Below, in pieces: positions 15,023 to 28,795 of a stretch of 64,000 nucleotides of DNA. The stretch's first letter is position 1, and each line of letters opens with the position of its first letter. The DNA lies in NCBI GenBank assembly GCA_964016885.1, contig OZ024743.1:98332001-98396000 (forward strand), written 5' to 3'. This DNA comes from Eledone cirrhosa. Lineage: Eukaryota. The notes under the pieces were generated by a model. It saw only the letters and a program-made list of their open reading frames with translations, did no database searches and had not been told where the DNA came from. The position numbers were made by a program, and so were the translations under genes.

Positions 15023-18000
15023 ATGGCGACAAGACTACGAACAAGCGAAGCTATCAGAGCATTTACCGGGGAAGGTAATGTTGTCGCTTGGCTGCGAAAA
15101 GTCCGGTTGGTCGCAAGCTTGCAGAAGTTAGAAGATGTGGCTGGCCTCATGGCGCTGTACCTCGAAGGGGACGCGTTGGTACTCTTCCTTGAGTTGGACG
15201 AACACAGCCAAAGAGATGCATAAAAGATTGAGAGGGACCGTTAGCCGCTTTCGCTAAGCTGGCAAGAATTAGATGGAACCGTGAACGCGTTGATATTTTC
15301 GCAGCGGAAATACGGCGATTGGCTATGTTGGCTGGATATCAGGTGGAATGCCAACGCACGGTGCGGTTGGCGTTCATAAATGGATTTCCAGACGACATAG
15401 CGGTGAAACTGCAGCAAGTCCCGGGTTACAAAGAAATGGAAATGCGTTCACTGGTGGAACAAGCCCGGATCATAGCAGAAGATGCCAAAAAGAGTGTTGC
15501 GGCGATAGCAACTACAGAGGCTCAAGACAGCTGGCAGCGAAATGGTGAAAGGGAGGTAACCACGGCACGCGGTCGCCGCGCGAACGTTTAGAGGTCACTG
15601 TTTTCGGTGCCAGGGCCCGCACATGGCCAGAGACTGCAGAGAGTCAAGGCCGGAAATAATATGCAACCGGTGTAATGTAAGCGACCAGGTCACATCGCTA
15701 TTAACTGCGACCAGGGAAACGATCCAAGGGGAACTACTGCGCCGGTAGTTGCCCCTTACGAGTAGAGGCGCTGCCCGTGGTGGAAGTCTTCGTGAGGGGA
15801 AAGCCACAGCGAGCCCTCGTGAACACGGGCTGTACGACGATACTGGTGACCGCGGGGGTGGCGCAGAGGTAGAGAGGGAAGAGCAGCGTAAGGGCAGTCG
15901 ACGGCAGGAAAATTGAATGCCGAGGTCGCAGCGAGATGGAAATAACGGTACGGGGAAGGAAAATAAGGCTTTCTGCCATCGTAGTGGACAGCGTGGTGGA
16001 TGGGATCGGCGTGGTTATGGGCATGGACGCAATTGGCCGTCTAGGAGGCGTCACAGTGAACAACGTGGGTGTGTCGTTTGGTGCCGCTGCATCGGTATGC
16101 GCTGTGAGTGCGCGACAGGAGAACCAGAAGGCCCACGAGGAGAAATACCCCGCTTACACTGTGCAGGACAAATACTTCAAGGCCGTGTTCGATGGGCAGC
16201 GATGTGTTGTTGAGTGGTACTGGAAGGGAGAACCACCAACACTGAAGACCAAAGTGGGTTGCTATCAACACACATTGAAGGGAAACATTAGGAGCGAGAG
16301 GTAGAGAGATGGATTGAGGAGGGCATACTGCTTCCCTGGAAAGAGGAGGTGAAGTGCGGAGTATTGCCGTTAATGGCGGTGGCGCAACCCACGAAGAACA
16401 AGGTGAGGCTGGTGCTGGACTTTCGGGAGCTGAACGAGCACGTGTCATGCCACATGGGTGGCGAGGTCACGGATGTCTGTGGGGAAACCCTGCGTGAGTG
16501 GAGACGCATGACGGGGGGGGGGGGTTCAACAATCGTAGATCTAAAGTCGGCATACTTGCAATTGCATATAGATGAGAAGCTCTGGCAGTATCAGCTGGTC
16601 AGGTATAAGGGCCGGACATATTGCCTGACTAGGCTCGGTTTCGGGCTGAGCTCCGCACCGAAGATCATGGCGGCGGTCCTCAAGACCATTCTGGGAAAGG
16701 CCGACAATATGAAGAGGGCCACTAACTCCTATATTGACGACATCCTAGTGGACGAATCTGTGGTGTCGGCGGCGGAGGTCACGAGCCATTTACAGGGGTA
16801 TGGACTGGCTGCAAAGCCGTCAGAAGTGTTGGAGGGAGGAGCCGCGTTGGGACTTAGGCTACGGCGAGACAGGACGGGCGTCTTGGTATTCCAGAGGGGA
16901 AATGAAGTTCAAGAACTGGGCCCAAGTATGAGTAGGCGGGAATTTTCGCGGTGTGTGGAAAGTTGGTGGGTCACTACCCGATTGCTGGGTGGATCCGGAC
17001 GGCATGCAGCTATGTCAAGAGACGAGAGGGAGGAGTGACTTGGAGTGACAGAGTGGGAGAGGGGACGGTGGCCATGATGCAGGAGATCGTGGGGAGGGTG
17101 AAGGCCGACGACCCAGTGCGGGGACGCTGGTATGTTCCCAAATCACAGAGCGGGACCGTATGGTGCGATGCCAGCAGCATTGCGCTGGGTGTCACGTTGG
17201 AGATAGGAGGTGTTGAGGTCGAGGATGCAGCCTGGCTTAGGAAGAAGGACGACTGCAACCACATCAATGTGGCGGAACTGGACGCAGTGTTGAGAGGGGT
17301 GAACCTCGCCCTGAGGTGGGGACTGCGCACTATCGAGATACGCACCGACTCGGCTACTGTACTCGGATGGTTGAGATCAGTACTCACCAGTGAGAAGAGA
17401 GTGCGAACGAGAGGGGCGGCGGAGATGCTGATAAAGCGCCGCCTGGGAACTTTAGGAGAGCTGGCCACCGAGTTCGACCTGAGGCTGAGCGTAGTTTTCG
17501 TGCCCTCAGAGAAAAATAGGGCGGACATCTTAACTAGGGTGAAGAAAGCCTGGATGGAAGCGCCGGAGGAGGTAGAAGATGAGATAGCTGCCGTGTGTCG
17601 GCTGACCGAGTCGGATCTGAAAGGGTTGCATGACATGCACCACATGGGAGTGGATAGGAGCCTGTTACTAGCCAGGAGAATCGACTCGGACGTTAACAGA
17701 CACAGTGTTCAAGGGTGGTTAGAGGCTGCGTCCGATATCAGGCCATTGATCCCGCCCCGGGTGTACACGAAACGGGAAGCCTCCCGGTGGATCGCGACTG
17801 GAAGCGATTGGCGGTGGATGTAACGCACTACCGACAGGGAACGTACCTCTCGATGGTCGACTGTGGACCAGGACGGATGGCGATATGGAGGGAGATGAAG
17901 ACTGGAACGGCCGAGGAAATCATGCGGACGTTGAGAGAGGTGTTCTTGGAGCGGGGCCCTGTGGACGAACTGCTGATGGACAACAGCGCAGCGTTCCGCT

Positions 18001-18612
18001 CGGAGGCGCTGAGGGAGATGCTCGATGGATGGAAGGTGGACCGTTTCTTCAGAGCAGCGCACAGGCCGAGCGGGAATGGAATTGTGGAGCGACACCACGG
18101 GCGATCAAGGCAATGGCGGAGCGGGGCCATATCTCACCAATGGAGGCAGTGTTCTGTTACAACATGTCCCCTCGGGTGGGACAGGTCGAGGAATCAGTGC
18201 CACACAGAGCAGTATTCAGATACGAGTGGCGGCACCCGTGCACGACGAGTGGCGGCACCCGTGCACGCCACCACAATGGCCAGTGGGGAGAGAAAGTGCA
18301 TTCGTGCAGGTGGGGAGAGAAAGTGCATTCGTGCAGGTGGGCGAAGAAGTCTGGGTTAAGCCCCCAGATGCACGTTGCACATCTCAATGGGGAAGGGGAA
18401 CGGTGACGGCTGTAAATTCCTAGAACAATGTGTCCATGGACGGAGTACCACGTCATGTCCGGGATGCCCGTAGAATCACTGTGTCAACGGACTCCGAGGA
18501 AGAGGAAACCCAAAGTGCTGCCCCAACACTGCGGAGATCGCAAAGAAGTCGTAAACCACCAACCTGGACAGCAGACTTTCATATGCAGAAGGACGAGGGG
18601 GAAATTGATCCT
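15023..18612 (+). pseudogene. gag-pol of the LTR element, with stops and frameshifts
   Basis: Gag with a CFRCQGPHMARDC knuckle, protease ALVNTGC (DTG-like), RT VDLKSAYLQL/RLGFGLSSAP/YIDD, RNase H WCDASS/INVAELDA/TDS, and integrase HDMHHMG...LAVDVT...MDN...GNGIVER. Confidence 0.9.
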
Positions 18613-18924
18613 TGAGATCAGGGGGGCGTGTGGGTATGGTGTGGCGTGCGGTGGCCGGAAGCGGGGGAGTGCTCGACCGGAAGGGTGCTTGGCCGGAAGG
18701 ATGCTCGCCCGGAAGGGCCAGCAGATGGCCTCTCCAGTGGTGACCAGCAACGGTGTGGACGCGAGTTTTAGCAGCTCCCGGTGTTACGCAGTTGGACGCA
18801 CGTGGAAGAGGAGAGACCAGCAGTGGAATTTAGCGGCGCCTATGAAAAGCGGTAAGTGAGATAGCTTTTTCTAACCACAACCTATATAATAGATTATTAG
18901 ACATTTTGTGTTTAATTAAGTAAG

Positions 18925-19197
18925 TACGCTCGGGTCCCAGATAATAGGGGGGTGGAATAAGTGGGGGTTGAACATTTGCTTAAATTCTTATAAGCGGGGT
19001 GGGGGGAATAAAAGGAGGGTGAGTCAGTAATTGTATCGTGTACGTTCGTAAATATGGGATTTCTTGTAATGTTCTCTTTTTTCACCCACACTAAAATTTC
19101 GCCGGAGATGGATTAGTAAAATTTAATTAGCGGCGGCGGGGCGATCTAAAAAATCAATAAGCAGTGTGGAGGCGGTGGTTATTCAAGACCTAGAGTA
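18925..19197. mobile_element. Decayed TIR MITE (related piece at ~9110-9290)
   Basis: Imperfect terminal inverted repeats TACGCTCGGGTCCCAGATAA / TTATTCAAGACCTAGAGTA. The internal AAATTTCGCCGGA..GATTAG.AAAA segment is shared with 9126-9151. Confidence 0.5.
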
Positions 19198-19739
19198 ATA
19201 GAAAATATTGTCTGAGAAAAAAGATAGAACGGGATATCTCAATTGAAAACATCGATATTCTGAGATCAAAAACAGGGCTGTCACGTGATAATCGGTTTAT
19301 AAGACAATTGGAAAGGAAAGGAGCCGATGATCAGATTGGACCAAAGATATCTCTTTTTTTCTTACGGCCCCCGTCAGAGTATCGCATATCGTCCTCGTCT
19401 ATTTATCGAGTCTGGTTGGAAAGGCCCTGGATATTATCATTTTTTTCAACTTTTCACCCCTACACAGATGTACCCGTTTTATCTTTCGAATAGGCTACGT
19501 AGCCGGTCCCGGCAAAATACACAAACATGCTTTTTAAGCTTATTTTACCGGTAAATCCTAAAGGGACGCAACTCTAGCCGTACAAACCTTGTGTCACATA
19601 CTTGATGGTAATCTTTGCAATTAAATGTTGTATTTGGCTGTGGTGGCGCTAATGCCAGGTTCTATTGTCTGCACCCTCTTCTCTCTTCCCCCCCCCCCCC
19701 CCCAAAAAACTTTCACTTTCCTCTGGTCGTTGGTCGGTA

Positions 19740-20130
19740 CAAATGTCTTCTTGACATGTTTCCATTTGCTGCAATCTGCTAACAATATTTCACAACTTAC
19801 CGGGTTGATGTCTCACGCCTCCATACCGTACCTGCAGACATCCTTGTAACTTAGGAATGATTTTTCTACGGGCCAAGTCTCGTTGGTTAGATGTCTTTGG
19901 GAATTCGTATGACATGACGAAGCTACTCAAGTGTCGCTGTGTAGGGGCGGGAAACAGGATTAAGATACTTGTTTGTTTGAGGACATCCCTATTTGAAACG
20001 TGGTCTTATCATTTGAGGCCCAGATTTCGTCTCAAGCAGCGTTCGACATTCTTGGCGTGTGTACATTGTCTAAGATTCACTGCCATGCAATAAAGTGCTG
20101 AGTGTACAGCCCTGGTAAACTTTCATATTT
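19740..20130 (-). mobile_element. Old RTE/BovB-like LINE 3' fragment
   Basis: Minus-strand translation gives YQGCTLSTLLHGSES*TMYTRQE and YKDVCR, typical of the RTE C-terminus. Confidence 0.55.
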
Positions 20131-20524
20131 GTTTTGATGGTGAGCAAAATATTCTTCTATACCCGCGTAGAAAGTTGAGCTATCATTATTGCCGCCTACT
20201 CGGTGCATGTATTCTGTTCGGCATGATGGGACAGTATAACACAGTGCTAATGACTATTTGCTGGACTGCTATCGGAGTATCCAACTTTCCAATGATTACA
20301 GCAACATTCCTATAGAGCTACCTATAGAGATGTCCATCAGAAACCAGGGAAATCAGATCAGTCTGTGTGTACGATGTAGTCAGAGAGGAAATATATGTAG
20401 GTGTGTGAGTGAGAGAGGGGGGGGGAGATATTAAGGTAAGGAAATGGAGACAAGAGAAATACATCCTTCTGTTACTTGGATGATTTTTATCCCTCTCTCT
20501 CTCTCTCGTTTCTTTCTCCCCCCC

Positions 20525-20563
<39 letters not shown>

Positions 20564-20858
20564 ATTGAGCAACTTCTTGTGTCTACCCAAATCATGAATA
20601 TTCAGGGACGGTGGAAGCATTTCTGAATGATGAGGGGGGTCAATATAGTTGTAGTGATTAGTTTAGCTCGTTGCACTGTAAAATGGTCAGAAAACTACGA
20701 TATGTGATAAACATAACATGTACATAAATTGTAGCACATATCCTGATGTGTTTTGGTAGTTTGGGGAGAAAAATAATGCTCTGTACCCTTTCCTAAGGGG
20801 TTGATATGTTGAGCTTCTTCGCATTTGGTAATAAACTTGTATTATACGTAATCTAATT

Positions 20859-20902
<44 letters not shown>

Positions 20903-22715
20903 CAGAAAAAAAAGAGAATCAGTGTTGCGACGAATGGAATTTATTGGACATATTACAATCGTTTCTCTGGCGACCAGCTCGAGACACGATAGATGTGATC
21001 GAACCTGACTCTGAAAATCGCAAGGTCCTCAGATACGTCTTGATTCTACGAAGCAGATTTCCCTAATGTCCTTTTACATCGATATCCTTCGCCTGTCGGC
21101 TTAGATCCTGTTGTTGTCATTCTTAGTGGTCAAGAATTGTACACGTCATCGATATTTCTAGCCACTCATGGTTGTCCACTATTTGGTTCTTTTCATTCTC
21201 CACCTGTCAATCAAAGTTGTTTCTTAGATCGGAATTACTACTGTAGTAGGTAAGGGGTTGTATGCTTGAACTGCTGGCGGCCATTCGACGTCTTCTCTGT
21301 CTTTAGGCGCCCTCGTCCACACCGATCACGTCCACACCCGCAACTGTATTGTATGCGACAATCACCGTAAATAATGCTTGGAGAGAATTTTTAAAACAAA
21401 TTAGAAAAATATTTAGCATAACGTTTAAGAACGCAGCCTCAGAATACCTTAAAGCAATATTTCAAAAAGAAAAAACTCTGTGCAAAGAACGTTTTTAAAT
21501 GATGTCTTGGAACAGCCTTTCAAAAAAAAAAAAAGGTTATTTCGAAGGCATTTTTTTATAAATATACACATATCTACACTCACACCCTGTACTCAAGGAA
21601 GTGTGTACAGTTGATATACACATATCTACACTCACATACTGTACTCAGGGAAGCGTGTACAGTTAAGACGCTGCACATATATACACAGATGAAAAAAAGA
21701 AAGATCTACACATAGGCATTCATACCCTCACACAGACATGTTCATACAAATACATCCACCCAGACATGTGCACACACGTGCGCATGCATATTTGCGTGGA
21801 CACACATACATACATGTACCCGCGTATGTTCATACCGAAGGCACATACTTGATGAATACCCTCACATCCGTACACACACTCGCAGCTGTGCACATGGTGC
21901 ACATAGTATTACATGAGACAACGTTCTTGAGGCTTGGACCCAACCCGATCATGTGGCGGTATAAGCCCGAAAGTGCATGCAAAATATGCATAAATGCTAT
22001 AGCCGCATAGTATCCCTGCACTAATCACATATAACTTGGGTAGCACATATATATAAAAAATGTATATATATATATATATATATACAAATAAAATACAGAG
22101 TTACTAACTCATATTGATACCCTGCAATTAACAAGCTCAAAATATAAATACTGAGCATTATATAATAATATATGTAGTAATAAACATAGTAAATTCTGTG
22201 TCTAAAATTACGAGGGTTGAAATACCACATTGGTTTGATAAATTTAACCTGAAGCAAACGGAAGATATAGAATATATATACAGACCGTCTCAATAACTAT
22301 TTCATCTCTCGGACAGATTAGAGATTTAATCTGTTTCGCCCTGAAAATTGTGTTTGTAACAGATACTCCGTAGGCTTTCCTCAGCGAGAGATAAGATCAA
22401 ATGGAACAAACACATACAACAAAAGCCACACGAATGAATATCTCACCTCGTGTGCTGGACGTTAGAAGTGGTGTGAGTGGATATGCTAAAAATAATAGCC
22501 TTAATACAGTAGTATGTGTTTGTTCCATTTGATCTTATCTCTCGTGATCTTTCTCACGTGAGAAAATTTGCTCCGAACGAATTGCTTGTGTCCGAAGGAA
22601 CCTGCAGCCGTAGAATCAGCTTTTTTTATACTATCCACACTCTGCTCTGTATGAATATTGAGCGCTAATTTTGGCATACCGCTTATGGAAGCACCATAGC
22701 TACCATTATACACAC

Positions 22716-22831
<116 letters not shown>

Positions 22832-22862
22832 ACACGGGTGTGTATGATTGTGTATAGAAGAT

Positions 22863-23244
22863 TATATTAATAAAAGGAATTCCAACTTTGTCTGATTTAC
22901 TCGTTTTATTTACAATCCTTTAAAATTTATAATGGTATTAGAATGAAATAGTATGGTAGAATATTAAATGTTAAGTGTTAATTGAACAAGTACTTTCATG
23001 CTTTCGCCATCTTCAGGTTCATATTGTGTGGTGACAGTCGAGTTTGCAATTTTCAAATTGCAAACTTGACTGTCACCACGCAATATGAACCTGAAGATTG
23101 CGAAAGCATTGAAGTACTTGTTCAATTAACACTTAACATTTAATATTCTACCATACTATTTCATTCTAATACCATTATAAATTTTAAAGGATTGTAAATA
23201 AAACGAGTAAATCAGACAAAGTTGGAATTCCTTTTATTAATATA
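22863..23244. repeat. Fold-back hammerhead element, family B (190-bp arms, 2-nt loop)
   Basis: 22863-23052 is the reverse complement of 23055-23244 with a few mismatches. It lies between microsatellites. Confidence 0.9.
22983..23021 (-). ncRNA. Minimal type-I hammerhead ribozyme motif (more degenerate mirror at 23086-23124)
   Basis: UGAAC-CUGAAGA-UGGC-GAAA-GCAU-GAAA-GUAC-UU/GUUCA. It has a 5-bp stem I, a short GNRA-capped stem II, and a palindromic stem III (AGUACU). Confidence 0.7.
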
Positions 23245-26166
23245 TAAATATATATATACACATATATGTGTGTGTGTGTGTGTGTATTCTGTATTGTATA
23301 TGTATATGTACTTATCCATATATAATTTTAGCAATTGTTTCTGTGCTCGATGTATAGAAAATGCGTGACATTGTTCAAATTCTTTGGAAATGTTTTCTGT
23401 TTTTTGACACAGATTGTACAATAGGCTTTATCTGATGTATTTGTCATTGAATCTCCTTTCTCTTTTTTATCTCTCATTTAAGAAATATTCTTTAAAATCT
23501 ATCTAAAAAGGAGTTCTTAGGTGGGAGGTAACAATGATGTGCAAACACATTCAGAAATACTAAAAAAAAAGATACAAATGTCAGCTGGCAAAGAATAGTT
23601 AATGGGAAGTCTTTAATTACATTTGTTAAATGGTGCTCTGAAGAATTTTGAAATGAAATTGGATCTCTGGCAACAATTGCTCATAAGAATGACTCACCTA
23701 ATCCGTGCATCCAGCCCTGTGGATCCTGCTAAACTCTGTGAAACTGATATTCATTCTATTTGTTAAAATTGTCATCTTATCTGGCTGTGATGACACAAAA
23801 TGTTATTTGTTATACATTGTATTACAATTTTTCCGTTGTTTATGTTTTTTGTAAAAACGATTTAATTCTTAAATTTTTTTTAATTTGATTTCATGTAAAA
23901 TATTTATTTTTTGTAATTTTTCTTCAAAAATTATTTCCATTATTTATTTAATTCCTTTAACTTTGCCTTTCATCCTTACGGGGTCGATAAAATAAAGTAC
24001 CAGTAATACACTGGATAATTGCTGGCCTTGTGCCTAACGTAGAAACAATTATTTATTTAATTCCTTTTTTGTTTTTAATTTTTTAATTTTATTGTTATTT
24101 TATCTAAGTTTATTATATTTATTTTATTTAATTGTTCAGCAAGAATTATTATTTTGTTTCCGAGTCAATTTCTTAAAATTATCCTTTTTCTAATATAGGG
24201 GCGGGGTGGGGTGAGCCTTTATTTCTTTTTCATGGCATCTAAGATTGGTGGAAAATATTCCTCGTATCAGATACCCTGGATGTTTGCAACAGAGTGTACT
24301 CTACTAAAGGTAGAGTGGTGTTAAACTAGGCAATGGATTCAACCATCAACCCAAGAACTCGACAGAACAAATACCACAAGGTATGCTCTAATAATCCTTC
24401 TAATCCATTGTCCAGGACTGGCAGTGCTGGATTTACGACAACGAGGGCCTGGGCTAAGTAAGTTATGAGGCCCCAAGCATCTGAATAATTCATCGTAAAA
24501 TATTTTGTTGGCAGGTCCCGTTATGTGGATGGTCAGTTGGATGCGCTGTACTCTGCTCATAGCGGAACTATATTTGGGGAGCTCAGTGGGCATATTGTGA
24601 GGAAGGTGAGGCCAGTTGGCTGCGATGAACCTTTCACATAATGGCACCTGGGTGTCTTTCCTAACACCAACTAACTTAAACAGTGTAGGACTGGGTGGTC
24701 CCACTTATGAGGCAATAAGTGACTTAACAATTGAAAGTCCAACACCCTAAACACTCGGCCACGTCCCTTCACTATATTTTAATATCTGTCCCATTTTAAC
24801 GTGTCTATACAGACCACATGTGTAATTACTATTGCATTATTTTACTAACAAGATCCGAAGATGTCATTTATTTATATGTAGGAAATAAAAAGAAAACATG
24901 TATAATTCCTTCTTGTTGTCTTCCTTATGAACGTTCCTTTAAATTCTGACGGTGACACACGTCCAAACAACTAAATATTGAGTAACGCCGTTTATCGCAT
25001 TTTTTTGTTGTTTCCAGCGGTGAAGTTTCTCATTGAACAACTACGAATCAATGTAAATTGTCTGGAAATACAATTGACATAGAAATACAATTGACATAGA
25101 AATGCAATTGCAGGCTAAAAGAAGCAAATGATTTGCAATTGTGAGCACTGATTGTCTAATTTGAGTTATAAACTATAAACAAATTGTAGATATGTTAGAA
25201 AATTGAAATTGAAAGAATAAGACACGCACAAACTTGCTCAAATATATAATAGATATGTAATATATAGTTGTGCGGTTGTAATGCATATACAAGAACTGGG
25301 AGGAGACAGTTCGAATTCCTTAAAATACTTAATGATAATGGTTGGAACATTAAAAAGGCTGAATATTCAGGAGTGAAACATTTTCAGGATGGATGGTCAT
25401 GATTGGAACATCGTTAAAAAGTTGGGGAGGTAGTCACAACTGGTACACGGTTGAAAAGAAAGTGAATGGTCAGAGCTGTAGAAATGGACATGGGAAACTA
25501 AAATAATAGGAAATATAAAAAGTGAATGAAGCACATAGCTAGCAAGAAAGGAAAGACAAACAATGGGACAGTGAAGTGGGTGTAAGAGGTGATAATATTA
25601 TGGGACTGTGAAGTGAGTGTAAGAGGTGGAAAAAACTCCACAATAACACGCTGCGACAGTCTGATAAACCGCGGAAACTATAATAAATGATTAATATTTC
25701 TTTGGAAATATGAAAATCGCGAACTTCATGAAAAAAGTGTTACATCGGTCACACAAACACTACACTTTCCCATCGGTTAACTATGCACTAACAACAAGGA
25801 GCCATCACAACTCATTTCCATAGAGACATGCAAAAGATGTCTATATAGAATTCCACACAGAAGGAAAACAAATACGGAGGCTGTATTAATATCACATTAT
25901 AAACCAAAAGTTAATTTATAACTGTCAATCTTCAACCATTGAAAAATTCTAAATGAGACGTCTGCGATTTCTTACCAAATCTATGACACTTTATGTTCTC
26001 TGTTTAGGACGTGGTCAATATACTTCTCGTATGACCATTCTGATTCTGAAGATGATACCGTGAACACTTCCAAAGGTGAATATATAAATGAATTTAGAAA
26101 AAATGATCAAATTGGAGCACAGTCGTATTTTCAATATGTATTTCAAAGAAAAATGTTCCCTACTTC

Positions 26167-26779
<613 letters not shown>

Positions 26780-26864
26780 TATAGTTAATAAATGAAACAA
26801 ACAAAACACAGGAGGCGATTTTTACAGTTATATTAGGTTCACGCTTGGTGGAAGTGGAAGAGGT

Positions 26865-26898
26865 TTCGATGTTTCGGACAGAAGTCCTTCTTCAGGAA
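26865..26898 (-). ncRNA. Penelope-type minimal hammerhead ribozyme motif
   Basis: UUC-CUGAAGA-A-GGAC-UUCU-GUCC-GAAA-CA-UC/GAA. Confidence 0.7.
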
Positions 26899-27412
26899 TT
26901 TTTCGTTACAACGAATTTCTTTTTATACTCCGTGAATTTCGTTATAACGGAATTTCACTGTATATATATGCGTGGCTTTGTGGTTCGGGTATAGTTAGGG
27001 CTCACAATCGTAATGTCGTAAGTTCGATTCCCGTTGCTCCAGTCTAATCAGCTGTCAAAAATGAGCTTACCAGTAATTCGAAGGTCCAGCTGAATCTCCC
27101 TGAGAACTACGTTAAAGGTACACGTGTTTGTGGAATGTTCAGCCACTCGCACGTTAATTTCACGATCGTAACCAACGGAGTGCCACTAAATGCCAAAAAA
27201 TAAAAACAAATAACAAAGCAAACGACACAATACATTGAAAAAATATATTAGTTTAACGCTTGATAGAGTAGGCAAAAGTCTTAACATTTCGAACAGTAGT
27301 CCTTCATCAAAAGATAGAATGAGAAATAAAATATGAAATAGAAAGATAAAGTGAGAAGAGGAAGGAACAAAAAAAAATTCGAGAAAACACGTGAGTATTC
27401 AGTTAGTGGGTG

Positions 27413-27640
27413 AAAACATGTGTAGGTATGTCGGAGGGTTTAAAGAACGCTTCCTTAACCATCAGACGACCTTTAGACACTCTGATAAGCAATTGTCCAC
27501 GAAGCTGGCAGGCCACGTGTGTCACTTAAATAGGTAGGCGTGAATTTCTCCATTCAATGGGAAATTCTCACTAAATCTAGGCCATACAGAAATGGTGTCC
27601 TGTAAGTTGTACATCGATAAAAGAGTACATACCTTGCAAA
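27413..27640 (+). pseudogene. GIY-YIG endonuclease fragment of a Penelope-like element
   Basis: Across frameshifts: KTCVGMSEG / FKERFLNHQTTFRHSDKQLSTKLAGHV / NFSIQWEILTKSRPY / CKLYIDK. This matches the YIG...FK.R..NH..SF....ST.L..W..I.WEI...PY...C.LC..EK pattern of PLE endonucleases. A degenerate inverted hammerhead lies just upstream (27282-27309, -). Confidence 0.7.
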
Positions 27641-28795
27641 ACTTCATATTTGTTGCATTGAGGAGATTAATCGAGGATGTCCAATCACACAACCTAAAAG
27701 CTGTTGTGACATTTGTAGACTTTCGAAAAGCATTCGACAGCATCCACCGAGGGCGAATGCTCCAGATCATGAGAGCATATGATGTTCCTGAAAATATAGT
27801 TCAAGCTTTAGGTCTGATATACGAGGATACTCAAGCTCGCGTATTGACACCGGACGGAAACACAGATTACTTTGAGATTCTCGCAGGTGTTCTCCAAGGC
27901 AACACGCTTGCACCCTTCCTATTTGCAATTGTCCTCGATTATGCAATGAGACAGGCCATTCATGGGAAGGAAGAAGAGCTGGGTTTCAAATTGGATCGAA
28001 GAAGTTGTCGTCACCATGTAAAAGTTGTCATTGATACAGACTTCGCCGATGACAATGCCTTGATCACGGAGGAAATCAGCCGAGCTAAAGCCCTGTTCAC
28101 ACGTATCGAGGTTGAATCAGGCAAAATAGGACTGCATCTTAATGCAAAGAAGACTGAAATCATGCACTACAATCAGGTTGATCCAGCTCCAGTTTTTGCA
28201 AAGGACGATACAACAATCAAAACAGTTGAGAACTTTGAGTATCTTGATGCATGGATGCACAGCTCACGCAAGGACTTTGAAATTAGAAAAGCATTAGCAT
28301 GGTCGGCATGCCACAAGCTACTGAAGGTGCGGAAGTTCGACCTAAACCGAAAAATCAAGGAGTGCCTCATCTTGGCAACTGTTGAATCTGTCCTGCTTTA
28401 TGGCAGTGAAACGTGGACTATTGACAAAGTGCTATGCAAGAGACTTGGCGGATGTTACACGAGGATGTTGAGAATGGCAACATTTCTTGGAAACAGAAGC
28501 TGACAAATAAGGAACTATACAGATCACTACCACCAGTCTCAATAAAAGTTGCCTGCAGACGAATGAAACTGACTGGGCACTGCATCCGTCATCCAGAAGA
28601 GACAGCATCACAACTTGTGTTCTGGAAACCGGCGATCAGACGAAGAAGCGTGGGAAGACATGCCGTCTCATTCATTGACACCCTGCTGAGAGATGCCAAC
28701 ATTGATAACATCGATGAACTGAGAAATGTCATGCTCAACCGGAACGATTGGAGAAGGCGTGCTGAATCTTTGCTAGTGTAAACTCGACCGAAGAA
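27640..28795 (+). mobile_element. 5'-truncated RTE-like LINE (RT domain, one frameshift)
   Basis: Motifs FVDFRKAFDSIHR, GVLQGNTLAPFLF, DFADD, LNAKKTE, ESVLLYGSETWT and GHCIRH. Confidence 0.9.

Larger units (their letters stand above)
14659..18879 (+). mobile_element. Full-length, decayed Ty3/Gypsy-like LTR retrotransposon
   Basis: 251-bp LTRs at 14659-14909 and 18629-18879 (TGTGG...CCACA, about 6 differences). TSD ACCTA at 14654-14658 and 18880-18884. Purine-rich PPT before the 3' LTR. Domain order gag-PR-RT-RH-INT. Confidence 0.95.

Noticed and set aside
20930-21035. Possible hammerhead on - (CUGAGGA...GAAAC) next to (TA)n
   Set aside because: The core halves are ~60 nt apart and I could not form convincing stems. 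It may be a PLE end but is unsupported.
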